Shown here piece after piece: positions 19,264 to 28,328 of a stretch of DNA of 64,000 bases. Location of the stretch: the NCBI GenBank assembly GCA_963766005.1, contig CAVXYG010000006.1, positions 264,158-328,157 of the forward strand, in the 5' to 3' direction. Numbering within the stretch: position 1 is the stretch's first letter; every line of letters begins with the position of its first letter. The translations under genes and the position numbers were made by a program. The notes beneath the pieces were generated by a model, which was given only the letters and a program-made list of their open reading frames with translations, searched no databases and was not told where the DNA came from. The DNA is from an uncultured Actinomycetota bacterium. GTDB lineage: Bacteria; Actinomycetota; Actinomycetes; S36-B12; GCA-2699445.

Positions 19264-20355
19264 TCAGAGCAGGTCGGCGAGCAGGTTGGCCCCGGGCAGC
19301 AGCGAGCGTGCCGATGGTCCCGCGGACCACACCGAGCGGGTGGCCGTGATGAGGTCGAGGGCCTGGAGCTGGTGTGACAGGCTGCGGAGCTCGTCTTCCA
19401 CGTCGCGCGTGCTGATGGGCTTCCCGGCGCGGCTCCAGCCGTGGCCGAGGAGCGGGTGCACTTCGCCGGCGATCTTGGCGACCTGCAGCGGACCGCGGGC
19501 GGCGACCAGGGCGACGGCGCGTTCCGTGACCATGGTGGAGAACTCCTGCGGGTCGAACCAGGATCGCAGCCGCCGCACGGTCTCGAGCTCGTCTGCCGCT
19601 GCCTTGGTCGGGCGCAGCACGCCGCCCGCGAGCCTGACCAGCCGGACGTGGCGCAGCAGGTCGTGCAGGACGGCCAGGGGCAGCAGGTCCTCCTCGATCG
19701 AGGCGGGCCGCCCCAACGGATACCAGCTGGGGCGCTGCTGCTGAACGGCGCGGACCACGGCGCGGGGCAGCCGCCCGCCCGGCGTGAGCGTGACACCGTC
19801 GCCGAGCAGCCCCAGCAGCAGGCGCACGCTGCCGGGCACCGCACCGACAGCATCACGGACTCGCTCGGTGGTGGCTTCCTGGTCGAACGGACGCAGCCGG
19901 TCCCCCACCCAGGTGCGCATCGCCTCGTGCTCGGCGTGTCCCGGGTCGGCCAGCGCGTCGAGCAGGTCGGCGTATCCTGCGGCGCCACCGCAATCCTCGG
20001 GCGGGCAGGCCCCCTGGCCACCCACACAACCCGGCCGGTCACCGCCGGCGCCCAGCACCTCGACGTGATGCTGCCAGCCATCGCCCAGGTCGTAGACGTA
20101 CACGAACCGGGTCGGCAACGCGGACAGGCGCACCCCGCGCTCGTCGACCTCGTCATCCTCATCCCACTCCTCGAACGGGACCGTGTAGACCGCGTCGTCG
20201 GTGCGGAACTGGTGCAGGTGGGAATCGGTCCAGCCGATCGCCACCTGCAGCACCTCGTGGAGCTCGTCGAGGGTGATCGCCCCCGGCACGTCGATCACCC
20301 GCTGCACCCGCGGCACGACCTCGCGCATCGTGACCCGCAGCCTGACCGTCTTCAC
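19264..20355 (-). CDS. plasmid pRiA4b ORF-3-like (PRiA4_ORF3 / IS1096 TnpR-type passenger) domain protein with a long C-terminal extension
   Basis: ORF 19264..20424. 'VRLRVTMREVVPRVQRVIDVPGAITLDELHEVLQVAIGWTDSHLHQF...YVYDLGDGWQHHVEVL...CPPEDCGG'. GTG at 20355 overlaps the upstream stop as GTGA. Confidence 0.8.
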   Translation of the reverse strand: MKTVRLRVTMREVVPRVQRVIDVPGAITLDELHEVLQVAIGWTDSHLHQFRTDDAVYTVPFEEWDEDDEVDERGVRLSALPTRFVYVYDLGDGWQHHVEVLGAGGDRPGCVGGQGACPPEDCGGAAGYADLLDALADPGHAEHEAMRTWVGDRLRPFDQEATTERVRDAVGAVPGSVRLLLGLLGDGVTLTPGGRLPRAVVRAVQQQRPSWYPLGRPASIEEDLLPLAVLHDLLRHVRLVRLAGGVLRPTKAAADELETVRRLRSWFDPQEFSTMVTERAVALVAARGPLQVAKIAGEVHPLLGHGWSRAGKPISTRDVEDELRSLSHQLQALDLITATRSVWSAGPSARSLLPGANLLADLL

Positions 20356-21428
20356 CGCGGCGACTCCTGCACGCCGGGCACCCCGCAGCACCGCTTGTAC
20401 TTGCGGCCCGACCCGCACCAGCACGGGTCGTTGCGCCCCGGGGGCCAGGCGATCGTCCGTGACGGGTCCCGCGCCACGTCGGCCGCGTACCGGGCCCGCA
20501 ACCGCGAGGGGTCCGACTCCTCGGGGGCGTTGTCGGCCACCCAGGGAACGAACTCGGCGGACCGCACCGCCACGACACTCACGCGAGCCACCCCCGACTC
20601 CCGGTGAGCCCGAAGCCGACCCTCCATCCGCCGGCAGTACACCGCGTGGCTGACCGGTTCGCCGAGCTCGTCATGGCACAGCGGGCTGTCGGCCAGATCC
20701 GGCCACCGCGCCGGCCAGGCGGCGTACTCGGCCGCCGGAAACCACGCCACCGCGACCGGAACCTGCCCGGCCGGCTCACCCGCGAGCGTCAACTCCCGGT
20801 CGACCGGCGCGCTGGAACCCAAGCTGTTCGGCCACTGCAACCGGCCGGGAACGGCCGGAGTCGGCACGGCGCTCTGCAGCGCGTCCGGCTCGCGTCCCAA
20901 CTCGCTCAGTGAGGCCGCACGCAGCTCGCGCAGTTGCCCCACCAGCCGCTCGGGGTCACCGGTGCGAACCGCGAGCTCCAACGCGCGCGTCAACCACGAC
21001 AGCGCCAGCTCATGCTCCCCGACCGCGCCGTACTCCAGCCCAGCGTTGTTGTACACCCACACGTCCTCAGGGGTGTCCGCCGCCACCGTCTCCCAGATCG
21101 GTGCGGCCTCGGCAAGCCGGCCATGCCGGGTCAGGATCTCCGCCCGGCGGCACCGCGGATCGGGCTGGCACTGGTACCCGTGCTCGACCAGCACGTCCGC
21201 GTGTCGCAGCGCCTCCTCGACCCGGCCCAGCCGGTCGTAGGTCTCGGCCAGTTCGCTGTGCAGCTCGAGCACGTCGAGGAACGCCGCCGCGTCGGGGTCC
21301 TCGTCACACACGCCGATCGCGCGTTCCAGGACATCGGCGTACGCCAGAGCCGGCCCACGACTGGCCCCGCGAATCTGCCGGTCGAGACGATCGAGTTCGT
21401 CACTTCGCACCCCGACATCATCACCCAT
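20352..21428 (-). CDS. TPR-like + SEC-C metal-binding motif protein
   Basis: ORF 20352..21662, in-frame ATG 21428. C-terminus 'WPPGRNDPCWCGSGRKYKRCCG' is a SEC-C motif. The N-terminal helical repeats are TPR-like. Confidence 0.8.
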   Translation of the reverse strand: MGDDVGVRSDELDRLDRQIRGASRGPALAYADVLERAIGVCDEDPDAAAFLDVLELHSELAETYDRLGRVEEALRHADVLVEHGYQCQPDPRCRRAEILTRHGRLAEAAPIWETVAADTPEDVWVYNNAGLEYGAVGEHELALSWLTRALELAVRTGDPERLVGQLRELRAASLSELGREPDALQSAVPTPAVPGRLQWPNSLGSSAPVDRELTLAGEPAGQVPVAVAWFPAAEYAAWPARWPDLADSPLCHDELGEPVSHAVYCRRMEGRLRAHRESGVARVSVVAVRSAEFVPWVADNAPEESDPSRLRARYAADVARDPSRTIAWPPGRNDPCWCGSGRKYKRCCGVPGVQESPR

Positions 21429-21513
21429 CCAGCACCCCGCCAAGGCAGTGGATGCCTCGCTCACGCGCCGACCCGCCGTCCATTGGCCCCGAGCGGGGCA
21501 ACAACCGGGCATC

Positions 21514-21568
21514 GACGAGAACACCCACCGGCGACACCATCGAGCAGATCGAATCCCACTGGAAGAAC
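21514..21568 (+). repeat. dispersed ~55-bp repeat, copy 2 (encodes 'TIEQIESHWKN')
   Basis: Matches the reverse complement of 7551..7605. Confidence 0.6.
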
Positions 21569-21743
21569 AAGCAGCTCTCCCGCAGAGTCGCACCAAATCG
21601 CAACTGACCAGAACGCCCCGAGGGCCCTCGACGGGCACCGGCGGACCCCGGACCAAGGTCAAGCCACCCCAGTCGATGCCACTTCCTTGCTAGCCCTGCG
21701 ATGCCCGTCTGAACGTGCCCAGCTCGCGGCGGTTGTGGGCAGG

Positions 21744-22055
21744 TCAGGCGGAGCCTTCCTGGTCGAGTCGTTCCAGGATCCAGGAGCGGACCAGCGTCGA
21801 CGCGGGCAGGTGTTTGGCGGCGCCGACGCGCTGGACCTCAGCCTCCTCTTCGGCGCTGAGTCGTACGGAATACACCTTCTGGCGGTTCGGCCGCCGTCCT
21901 GTCGTGCCGGCGGGGTAGGGGTCGTCCTTGGTCTGTTCTGGTCCCCGGTCCGCGGCCGCGAACTGCCGCAGACCGCCATGATCCGGGCACGCGGCCTCGC
22001 CGCCGGCACCAGCATGGCCCGCGGCGTGGATGGCGGCCCCGGAGGTCGCCTTCAT
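21744..22055 (-). CDS. RHH (CopG/BrnA-like) antitoxin-type protein
   Basis: 103-aa ORF. 'GRRPNRQKVYSVRLSAEEEAEVQRVGAAKHLPASTLVRSWILERL'. Confidence 0.65.
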   Translation of the reverse strand: MKATSGAAIHAAGHAGAGGEAACPDHGGLRQFAAADRGPEQTKDDPYPAGTTGRRPNRQKVYSVRLSAEEEAEVQRVGAAKHLPASTLVRSWILERLDQEGSA

Positions 22056-22515
22056 CGCCTGCTCCTTCGAGGGCTACGTCATGGACGTCTCGCCGTTCAT
22101 TCGAGTGACCTGGCAGGGCATGGCCACCGGAGCCGAACGTTGCCATTACTGACTTCGAGCTCCTCGACCGAGACCACCGCCAGCCCGCCACCTCCGACCG
22201 GTGCCTGCGCCAGTCGGACGCCTCGTGGCCTGCCGAGGCCGCCGCGTACGAAGACGTCACACCATGGCCGCTGTGACGGCGATTCTCAGCCAGCGTCGAG
22301 GTACCGGCTCAGCGCATCTCGAGCGACGTCGCTGACGGCGCGGTCCTGACTCCTAGCGAGGTGCTGGCGCGCGTTCAGGGTGTCTCATCGGCTCGAATCC
22401 GCTCGCCGACCTGCTCCACAGTCGACGCCGGGTCGTGGTGCGTCCACAGGCGGCGGTAGTTCCGGGTCGACTCGGACCCCGACCCACCGCTGGGTGACGA
22501 CCCCATCTCGCGTCG

Positions 22516-22866
22516 CTATCCGACTTCCTCTTCGCCGAGGAGGCCCACGAGTTGCGCGACTAGGTCCTTGACGCGCGTCGTTGCCACCTCCCAGACCAGC
22601 TCGTTGTCAATGACCGCGTACCCGTGGATGAGCACGTTCCTGAAGGCGACGATTTGGCGCAGGTCCGGGATCAGGGTCGCAGTGCCTGGGTCGAGACGGT
22701 TCAGTCTGTTGAGCGCCTCGCCGATGATCTCGAACTGTCGCTCGACCGCTGAGCGGAGCATGACGTCGCTCTCGTAGTCCTGCCACGTGCGTCCCGAGAC
22801 GAACTCGGCGATCAGCCGAGCCGCCTTGCGGGCGTCCCAGAGCAGCCCTGGCGCTTCAGGCTGCAT
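22516..22866 (-). CDS. hepT: HepT-like (DUF86) RNase toxin
   Basis: ORF 22516..23016, in-frame ATG 22866. R-x4-H motif in 'FRNVLIHGY'. 11-nt overlap with the upstream nucleotidyltransferase. Confidence 0.8.
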   Translation of the reverse strand: MQPEAPGLLWDARKAARLIAEFVSGRTWQDYESDVMLRSAVERQFEIIGEALNRLNRLDPGTATLIPDLRQIVAFRNVLIHGYAVIDNELVWEVATTRVKDLVAQLVGLLGEEEVG

Positions 22867-23161
22867 AGATCTCGTCCCCGTTCTCCTCAACCGACGCAGC
22901 GAAGTAGGGATTCTCCAGGGCAACGGGAGAGACGAGATCGACCGGGTGGCCGAGCAACGTCTCCAATGTCTCCTTGAGGCCGAAGTAGGCGTCGAAGCGG
23001 TTCCCGACGTCGTCACGGAACTCTACGAGGAAGTCGATGTCGCTCGTCGCCTCGTCGAAGCGTCCTGTGACGGCCGAGCCGAAGATGACCAGACGCTTCA
23101 CGCCATACCGTTCAGCGGCAGCAGCGACCGCGGCGCGATCGAGCACGAAGGGCCCAACCAT
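22856..23161 (-). CDS. mntA: MNT/MntA-type nucleotidyltransferase antitoxin
   Basis: 101-aa ORF. 'LVIFGSAVTGRFDEATSDIDFLVEF' contains the GS-x-G...D-x-D motif. Confidence 0.8.
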   Translation of the reverse strand: MVGPFVLDRAAVAAAAERYGVKRLVIFGSAVTGRFDEATSDIDFLVEFRDDVGNRFDAYFGLKETLETLLGHPVDLVSPVALENPYFAASVEENGDEIYAA

Positions 23162-23208
23162 GACGCACTCCCTCCACTCCTGGAAGTCGCCCCCCAGTCT
23201 GGCACGTC

Positions 23209-23442
23209 ATGCCCTCGGCAGCCCACAACCGTGCGCCGGCGACATGGCTGCCGAGGCGGCACGAGGGCCGCGCCAGTTCGCTGCGCAGCGACGCGAAGGC
23301 CGGCGAAGGGCCGGGCGCGAGCCTCCAAGGAGCGAAAGCCGAGGCCGAGGTCCAGAGAGTCGCCGCCGCCAAGCACCTACCGGCGTCAACGCTTGTCCGG
23401 TCCTGGATCCTGGAACGACTCGACGAGGAACGCTCCGCCTGA
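23209..23442 (+). pseudogene. degenerate paralogue of the RHH gene 21744..22055; only the C-terminal ~35 codons are conserved
   Basis: 'EAEVQRVAAAKHLPASTLVRSWILERLDEERSA'. About 88% nucleotide identity over ~95 bp to the reverse complement of 21744..21840. Confidence 0.55.
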
Positions 23443-23945
23443 CCCGCCTCAACGCGTTCGGCCGGTCACCGGAGCGGCGAACCAGGTCCACTCCCGGCGT
23501 CTGATGCGCGGCATCCTCGGCAAACCGGCATTGGCCGCGCATACCCAAGGCGACGGCCGAACCCCATCGATGCAGCGTCGCATGCTTGATGGCTACATTC
23601 TGGCTCCATGGCAACCTGACTGCGGGAGCGTGAGGGCAGGTAGGCCGAAGCAGCGGGCCGGCGCGACTGCCCCCGCGTGCAACCTTCCGCGGCCGCGCAT
23701 TGCAGTCCGCGATGGCTCGCGAGATGCGTTCTCTCGGCGCCCTCGCTGCTCCTCTTCACGTCACCCTTCTTTCACCTGACAGCCCCGGCACCCGCCAGGC
23801 CACGACGAACGCGCTTTGAGACCTCGGCTCGTCGCAACCTCGGCCAAGCCAGCCTGATTCGGACGGGCACCCCGCGAAGGGAGGGTCGATACGCGGCGGC
23901 GGGACGCGGGTCTGGGCAGCGTCAGCGCGTGCCTGTGCCCGGGGT

Positions 23946-24212
23946 TCAGCGCCGGCGGTAGACGTCGGCTCGGTGCTGGATGGCGATGATGGTGACCAAC
24001 TCCCCTTGGGAGTCGATCTCGTAGACCACCCGGTAATCGCCACGACGTGCGCTGTGCAAGCCCTCGAGCTCGAAGCGAAGGGGCTTGCCCACGCGCTGCG
24101 GGTTCTCTGCCAAGGACCCGTAGATGAACTCGACCGCCGCGGTGGCAACCTTCTCTGGCAGTCGCTGCAGGGCCCGCGTGGCCGTCGCCGTCCACGTGAC
24201 GGCGTGGCTCAC
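23946..24212 (-). CDS. relE: RelE/ParE-superfamily toxin
   Basis: 88-aa ORF 'WTATATRALQRLPEKVATAAVEFIYGSLAENPQRVGKPLRFELEGLHSARRGDYRVVYEID'. 4-nt overlap with the antitoxin. Confidence 0.8.
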   Translation of the reverse strand: MSHAVTWTATATRALQRLPEKVATAAVEFIYGSLAENPQRVGKPLRFELEGLHSARRGDYRVVYEIDSQGELVTIIAIQHRADVYRRR

Positions 24213-24490
24213 GCCCGGATCCTGGCCAGCGCCTGCTCTCTGGTCAGCGCCACCTGTTGGCCAGCCCCCACCTCGGCCCGCGAGGCACGGATCTGGGTCA
24301 GCACCTCCGGGTCGCTGAGCAGCGCGAGCGTTTCCTCCAACGACTCCAGATCATCGGCACTGATCAGGACCGCAGCTGGCCGGCCGTGCTTGGTGATCGT
24401 GACCCGGGCATGCTCGACCTCGACCTGCTCAACCACCTCGGACAGCCGGTTCTTCACATCAGCCAACGACAACCGATCCACCACAGTCAT
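24209..24490 (-). CDS. Phd/YefM-family antitoxin
   Basis: ORF 24209..24508, in-frame ATG 24490. 'LSLADVKNRLSEVVEQVEVEHARVTITKHGRPAAVLISADDLESLEETLALLSDP'. Confidence 0.8.
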   Translation of the reverse strand: MTVVDRLSLADVKNRLSEVVEQVEVEHARVTITKHGRPAAVLISADDLESLEETLALLSDPEVLTQIRASRAEVGAGQQVALTREQALARIRA

Positions 24491-24644
24491 GGCTATAAGT
24501 ATGGCCATTTCCTGGGCCGTGTCAATCGTCCGACGAGACTCACGAAGAGTGCCCGCGAAAACACGCTCGGTGCCTCACGTAGGAGTGCCCGCGAAACCGT
24601 GACGGTGGGGCATGGGAAGCGAGTTCTCGATGGCGTCTCGGGGG

Positions 24645-25370
24645 TTACCCGCGGGTCGCGGATTGTGCCACAAGCCAGGGCTTGATCTGTAAGGCCCCGT
24701 AGCCCGAACCAGCGAGCCAAGTGCCGAACAGGATCGCGTCGCTCACCGGGTCGACCGCGTTGATGTCCGCTGGCATGACCAGGAACATGGTCACGGTCAA
24801 GGCCAGGAACACCGCAGCCGCGACTGCCCAAGATCGCCGGCGGTGGATCGCGGCCGCCACAGCAGGCATCGCCCAACTCAGCATTCCGAGGGACACCAGG
24901 GGGATGCCCACCCACAACAGGGCTGCCGCGACTCCACTGCCCGGGGAGGCTGTCTCCGGAGCACGCAGCCACACAGGCAGCGGGCGGGCGCGCTGGTCGA
25001 TCCTGCACCAAACCTGAAGACCTTCCGGGGAGAGATCCAGAGCATGATCGGCCAGACCCAAATGGCAGAAAGGACACGGTGCTGTCCGAAACGCGCCGAT
25101 GACCTGACTCAATGCCACCACCTCAGCAGGAGTCACACCATGTTCGACGGAGGCATTCTGCTGGGCAACCGCCGCCCCGTAGACCACGGCCGCTTCCTCC
25201 GCTTGCAGGGCACCCACATGCCGGGCGACCTCGGCCACGATCAGTTCGGCTTCGCTTCCATCGTGGCCGGCAGGCCGAAGACTCGTCACGGCGTCACGGT
25301 AGGCCACTCCCGCGGGCAAGCGAAAGGGCCGAAAGCCCCATCCTGAGTAGTGGCGTAGTGCGCCGAGCAT
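24645..25370 (-). CDS. hypothetical protein: soluble N-terminal domain with a 'CPFCH...WC' motif and a C-terminal multi-TM region
   Basis: ORF 24645..25637, in-frame ATG 25370. Many T-ending and TTT/TTG codons, unlike neighbouring core genes. No family recognised. Confidence 0.45.
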   Translation of the reverse strand: MLGALRHYSGWGFRPFRLPAGVAYRDAVTSLRPAGHDGSEAELIVAEVARHVGALQAEEAAVVYGAAVAQQNASVEHGVTPAEVVALSQVIGAFRTAPCPFCHLGLADHALDLSPEGLQVWCRIDQRARPLPVWLRAPETASPGSGVAAALLWVGIPLVSLGMLSWAMPAVAAAIHRRRSWAVAAAVFLALTVTMFLVMPADINAVDPVSDAILFGTWLAGSGYGALQIKPWLVAQSATRG

Positions 25371-25619
25371 GACCACATCTCGGCGGCGTGATGGGGATTC
25401 GGGTGGGACACCCGCGGCGGGGACTACGGCATTCCAGCCAGACTTGCGAGTGCACGGACATCGCCCTGCCTGAAGTTGAGTCCACGGACGTGGTGTAGGA
25501 ACTGATCTTGTTCGGCGTGGTGCTGCTGCAGATGGCGGCCACCGCGCCACCCTCGGAGAACCAGGCAAATGGATCTCTTGAGAGGAACAAGCACGATGAC
25601 CGCCAACACCAGTGTGCGG

Positions 25620-26130
25620 CGGGATAGATGGTCTCAAACTCGATCGGGGTGAGCTTGCCGAGGGCTCGCTGGCGGCGCTGGCGGTGGTAGGTCCGCTCGA
25701 CCCAGGACACGATGGCCATGCGCAGCTGGTCGCGGGTGTCCCAGCGCCGCCGGTTGAGGACGTTGACCTGCAACAGGGAGAAGAAGCTCTCCATCGCGGC
25801 GGTGTCCGCGGCCGAGGACACCCGGCCCATCGACCCGACCAGGTGGTGGGTGCGCATCAGCCGGGTGAAGGCCTTGGAGCGGAACTGGCTGCCCCTATCG
25901 CTGTGGACCACCATTCCCGGCCCGGGGTGGCGGCGGGCGATGGCCATCGACAGGGCGGCCACCGCGAGGGAGGCCTTCATGCGGGAGTCGATGGAGCAGC
26001 CGACGATCCGGTTGGAGTAGCAGTCCTTGACGGCGCACAGGTACAGCTTGCCCTCGGCGGTGCGAACCTGCTCGTCATCTCCCACGATCTGGTCCTTGAC
26101 GCGCGTGCTTGATGGCCACATTTCGGCTAC
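25620..26130 (-). mobile_element. IS3-family transposase OrfB fragment (DDE/rve domain), N-terminally truncated
   Basis: 'EGKLYLCAVKDCYSNRIVGCSIDSRM...VVHSDRGSQFRS...MESFFSLLQVNVLNRRRWDTRDQLRMAIVSWVERTYHRQRRQRALGKLTPIEFE' within ORF 25294..26175. No OrfA and no recognisable inverted repeats. Confidence 0.8.
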
Positions 26131-26132
26131 AT

Positions 26133-26276
26133 GGCGCCCCTCAGACGCCGAAGAGGCCGTCCTGGCAACAACCAAAACGGCCTCTCACCCGCGTACACGG
26201 ATGGTCGGGCTGACAGGAGCCGTCGGGTCGCCACCCGGCGACCCTCCTCCCAAATCCTGCAGTGCATCTCCGGGAC
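26133..26276 (-). repeat. ~145-bp structured repeat, copy B (paralogue of 11723..11867)
   Basis: See copy A. It contains an internal 15-mer (26205..26219) identical to the 3' end of tRNA-Pro plus one base (26319..26333). Confidence 0.8.
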
Positions 26277-26280
26277 GCAT

Positions 26281-26314
26281 GCGAAAGGGCCGGGGAACGC
26301 CCCGGCCCTTTCGC
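26281..26314 (-). terminator. perfect 15-bp stem hairpin immediately downstream of tRNA-Pro
   Basis: GCGAAAGGGCCGGGG-AACG-CCCCGGCCCTTTCGC. No U-tract, as is common in high-GC actinobacteria. Confidence 0.45.
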
Positions 26315-26319
26315 ATACG

Positions 26320-26393
<74 letters not shown>

Positions 26394-26700
26394 CCTGAAG
26401 AAGGATAGCCGACGCCGAACGACACCGGACCGCCCTACCTCCCACCGCACTATGACGAGTTCCTTGTCAGGCTCCCTAGCGTCGGGCGCGGGCGACCGCC
26501 GACGGGTTCAGCCAGGCTGACGCCCACCTGAGGCCGGGTGCCCCCGAGAGAAGCGGGCAACGGGTGCTCCGTCATCGGCTGCCCGACGATCGCGATAGCG
26601 CGACTTCGTTCGGACAGCAGATCCGGCCGGGCCGTGCCAGCGAGCGCCAGCACGCCAACGCCGTCGGCCTCCTGCGTCAGCACGCGGCAGGCCCGTGCTC

Positions 26701-26792
26701 ACGGCGCGTTCGCGAGGGCGAGGGTAGGCCCGGGCTTCAGGACGGCGTTCGCGAGAGCGAGGGCAGACCCGGGCTTCAGGACGGCGTTCACG
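26701..26792. repeat. tandem repeat, about 2.3 copies of a 39-41-bp unit
   Basis: ACGGCG(CG)TTCGCGAG(G/A)GCGAGGG(T/C)AG(G/A)CCCGGGCTTCAGG repeated at 26701-26741 and 26742-26780, with a partial third copy. Confidence 0.85.
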
Positions 26793-26861
26793 TCGATCGA
26801 CGCTGTCCCCCGCGGCCGATCGGCGCGATCGGCACGCGGGTGCCGTGGCCTCGCCGCGCCG

Positions 26862-28328
26862 CTACCTCCGCTGCCGCTTTGCCCGCACCCGTTGGTCGAT
26901 CCGGATGGGGGTGCCGGTGAAGCCGAACTGCTCCCGCAGCCGCCGTTCGATGAATCGGCGGTACTGGGCCTCCAGCACACCGGTGGTGAACAGCACGAAG
27001 GTGGGCGGCCCGACCGAGGCCTGCGTACCGAACAGCACCCGCGGCTGCTTGCCGCCGCGCACCGGGTGCGGGTGCGCCGAGATGATCTCCTTGAGGAACG
27101 CGTTCAGCCGACCCGTGGAGACCCGCGACTGCCAGCCGTCCAGGGCCTGGCTGACCGCAGGGGCGACGCCGTCGACGCGGCGGCCGGTCAGCGCCGAGAC
27201 GTTCACCCGGGGTGCCCACCACACGTGCACCAGATCCCGATCGATCTCCCGACGCAGATACCGCTGGCGCTCCTCGTCCACGCGGTCCCATTTGTTGAAG
27301 GCCAGCACCAGGCCCCGGCCCGCCTCCACGACACCGCCGATAATCCTCAGGTCCTGGTCGGTGAGCGGTTCTGAGGCGTCGATCAGGACGACGGCCACCT
27401 CGCTGCGCTCCACAGCGCTGCGGGTGCGCAGGCTGGCGTAGAACTCCTGCCCGCTGGCCTCCCGCACGCGGCGGCGGATGCCGGCGGTGTCCACGAAGAG
27501 CCATTCCTCGCCACCGAGCACGACGACCTCGTCGACCGGGTCGACCGTGGTCCCGGCCACCGCGTCCACCACGGCGCGCTGCTCCCCAGCCAGCCGGTTC
27601 AGCAGGGAGGACTTGCCCACGTTGGGCTTGCCGACCAGCGCGATGCGGTGCGGACCGGTGCCCACGCGGCCGCCCCCCACCTCCGGCATGGCCGCGACCA
27701 CGGCGTCGAGCATGTCTCCGCTGCCACGTCCGTGCAGTGCCGACACCGGGAACGGCTCGCCCATGCCGAGCGCCCACAGACCCGCAGCGTCGGCCTCGGT
27801 CCGGCGGTCGTCGACCTTGTTCGCCACGAGGACCACCGGGGCCTTGCTACGGCGCAGCAGCCTCACCACGGCCTCGTCCTCATCGGTGGCGCCGACGGTG
27901 GCATCCACGACGAGCACGACGACGTCGGCCTCGGCCGCCGCCCGCTCGGCCTGCACGGCGACCTGCGCCGACATTCCGCGCGCCTTGTCGATCCATCCCC
28001 CGGTGTCCACCAGGATGAAGTCCTTGCCGGCCCAGTGCGCCGGGTAGTACACGCGGTCGCGTGTCACGCCCGGGATGTCCTGGACTACCGCCTCGCGGCG
28101 GCCCAGCACCCGGTTGACCAGCGTGGACTTGCCGACGTTGGGCCGGCCGAGGATGGCCACGACCGGTCGGCCGTCCTGCTCCGGCAGGGCACCGCCGAGC
28201 AGGTCCGGGTCGTCGACCTCCTCGTCGAGCACGGCATCGATCGCAGCCTCGTCGTAGTCCTCGAGATCGGAGTCGGTGGTCCACTGCCCGACCGAGCCGA
28301 TCGGCTCGTCGGCAACCTCCTCGTTCAT
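26862..28328 (-). CDS. der: ribosome-biogenesis GTPase Der (EngA)
   Basis: 488-aa ORF with two G domains ('[12 protein letters not shown]', '[12 protein letters not shown]') and a KH-like C-terminus. Confidence 0.95.
   Translation of the reverse strand: MNEEVADEPIGSVGQWTTDSDLEDYDEAAIDAVLDEEVDDPDLLGGALPEQDGRPVVAILGRPNVGKSTLVNRVLGRREAVVQDIPGVTRDRVYYPAHWAGKDFILVDTGGWIDKARGMSAQVAVQAERAAAEADVVVLVVDATVGATDEDEAVVRLLRRSKAPVVLVANKVDDRRTEADAAGLWALGMGEPFPVSALHGRGSGDMLDAVVAAMPEVGGGRVGTGPHRIALVGKPNVGKSSLLNRLAGEQRAVVDAVAGTTVDPVDEVVVLGGEEWLFVDTAGIRRRVREASGQEFYASLRTRSAVERSEVAVVLIDASEPLTDQDLRIIGGVVEAGRGLVLAFNKWDRVDEERQRYLRREIDRDLVHVWWAPRVNVSALTGRRVDGVAPAVSQALDGWQSRVSTGRLNAFLKEIISAHPHPVRGGKQPRVLFGTQASVGPPTFVLFTTGVLEAQYRRFIERRLREQFGFTGTPIRIDQRVRAKRQRR

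Noticed and set aside
22056-22497. Remnants of another RHH antitoxin ('IRADET' / 'LNARQHLARSQDRAVSDVARDALSRYLDAG') and possibly a BrnT-like toxin ('FGSGGHALPGHSNERRDV') upstream of the RHH gene at 21744..22055.
   Set aside because: The RHH tail is fairly convincing but needs a frameshift and lacks a start codon. The toxin resemblance is weak. It is mentioned in the findings but not annotated as a feature.
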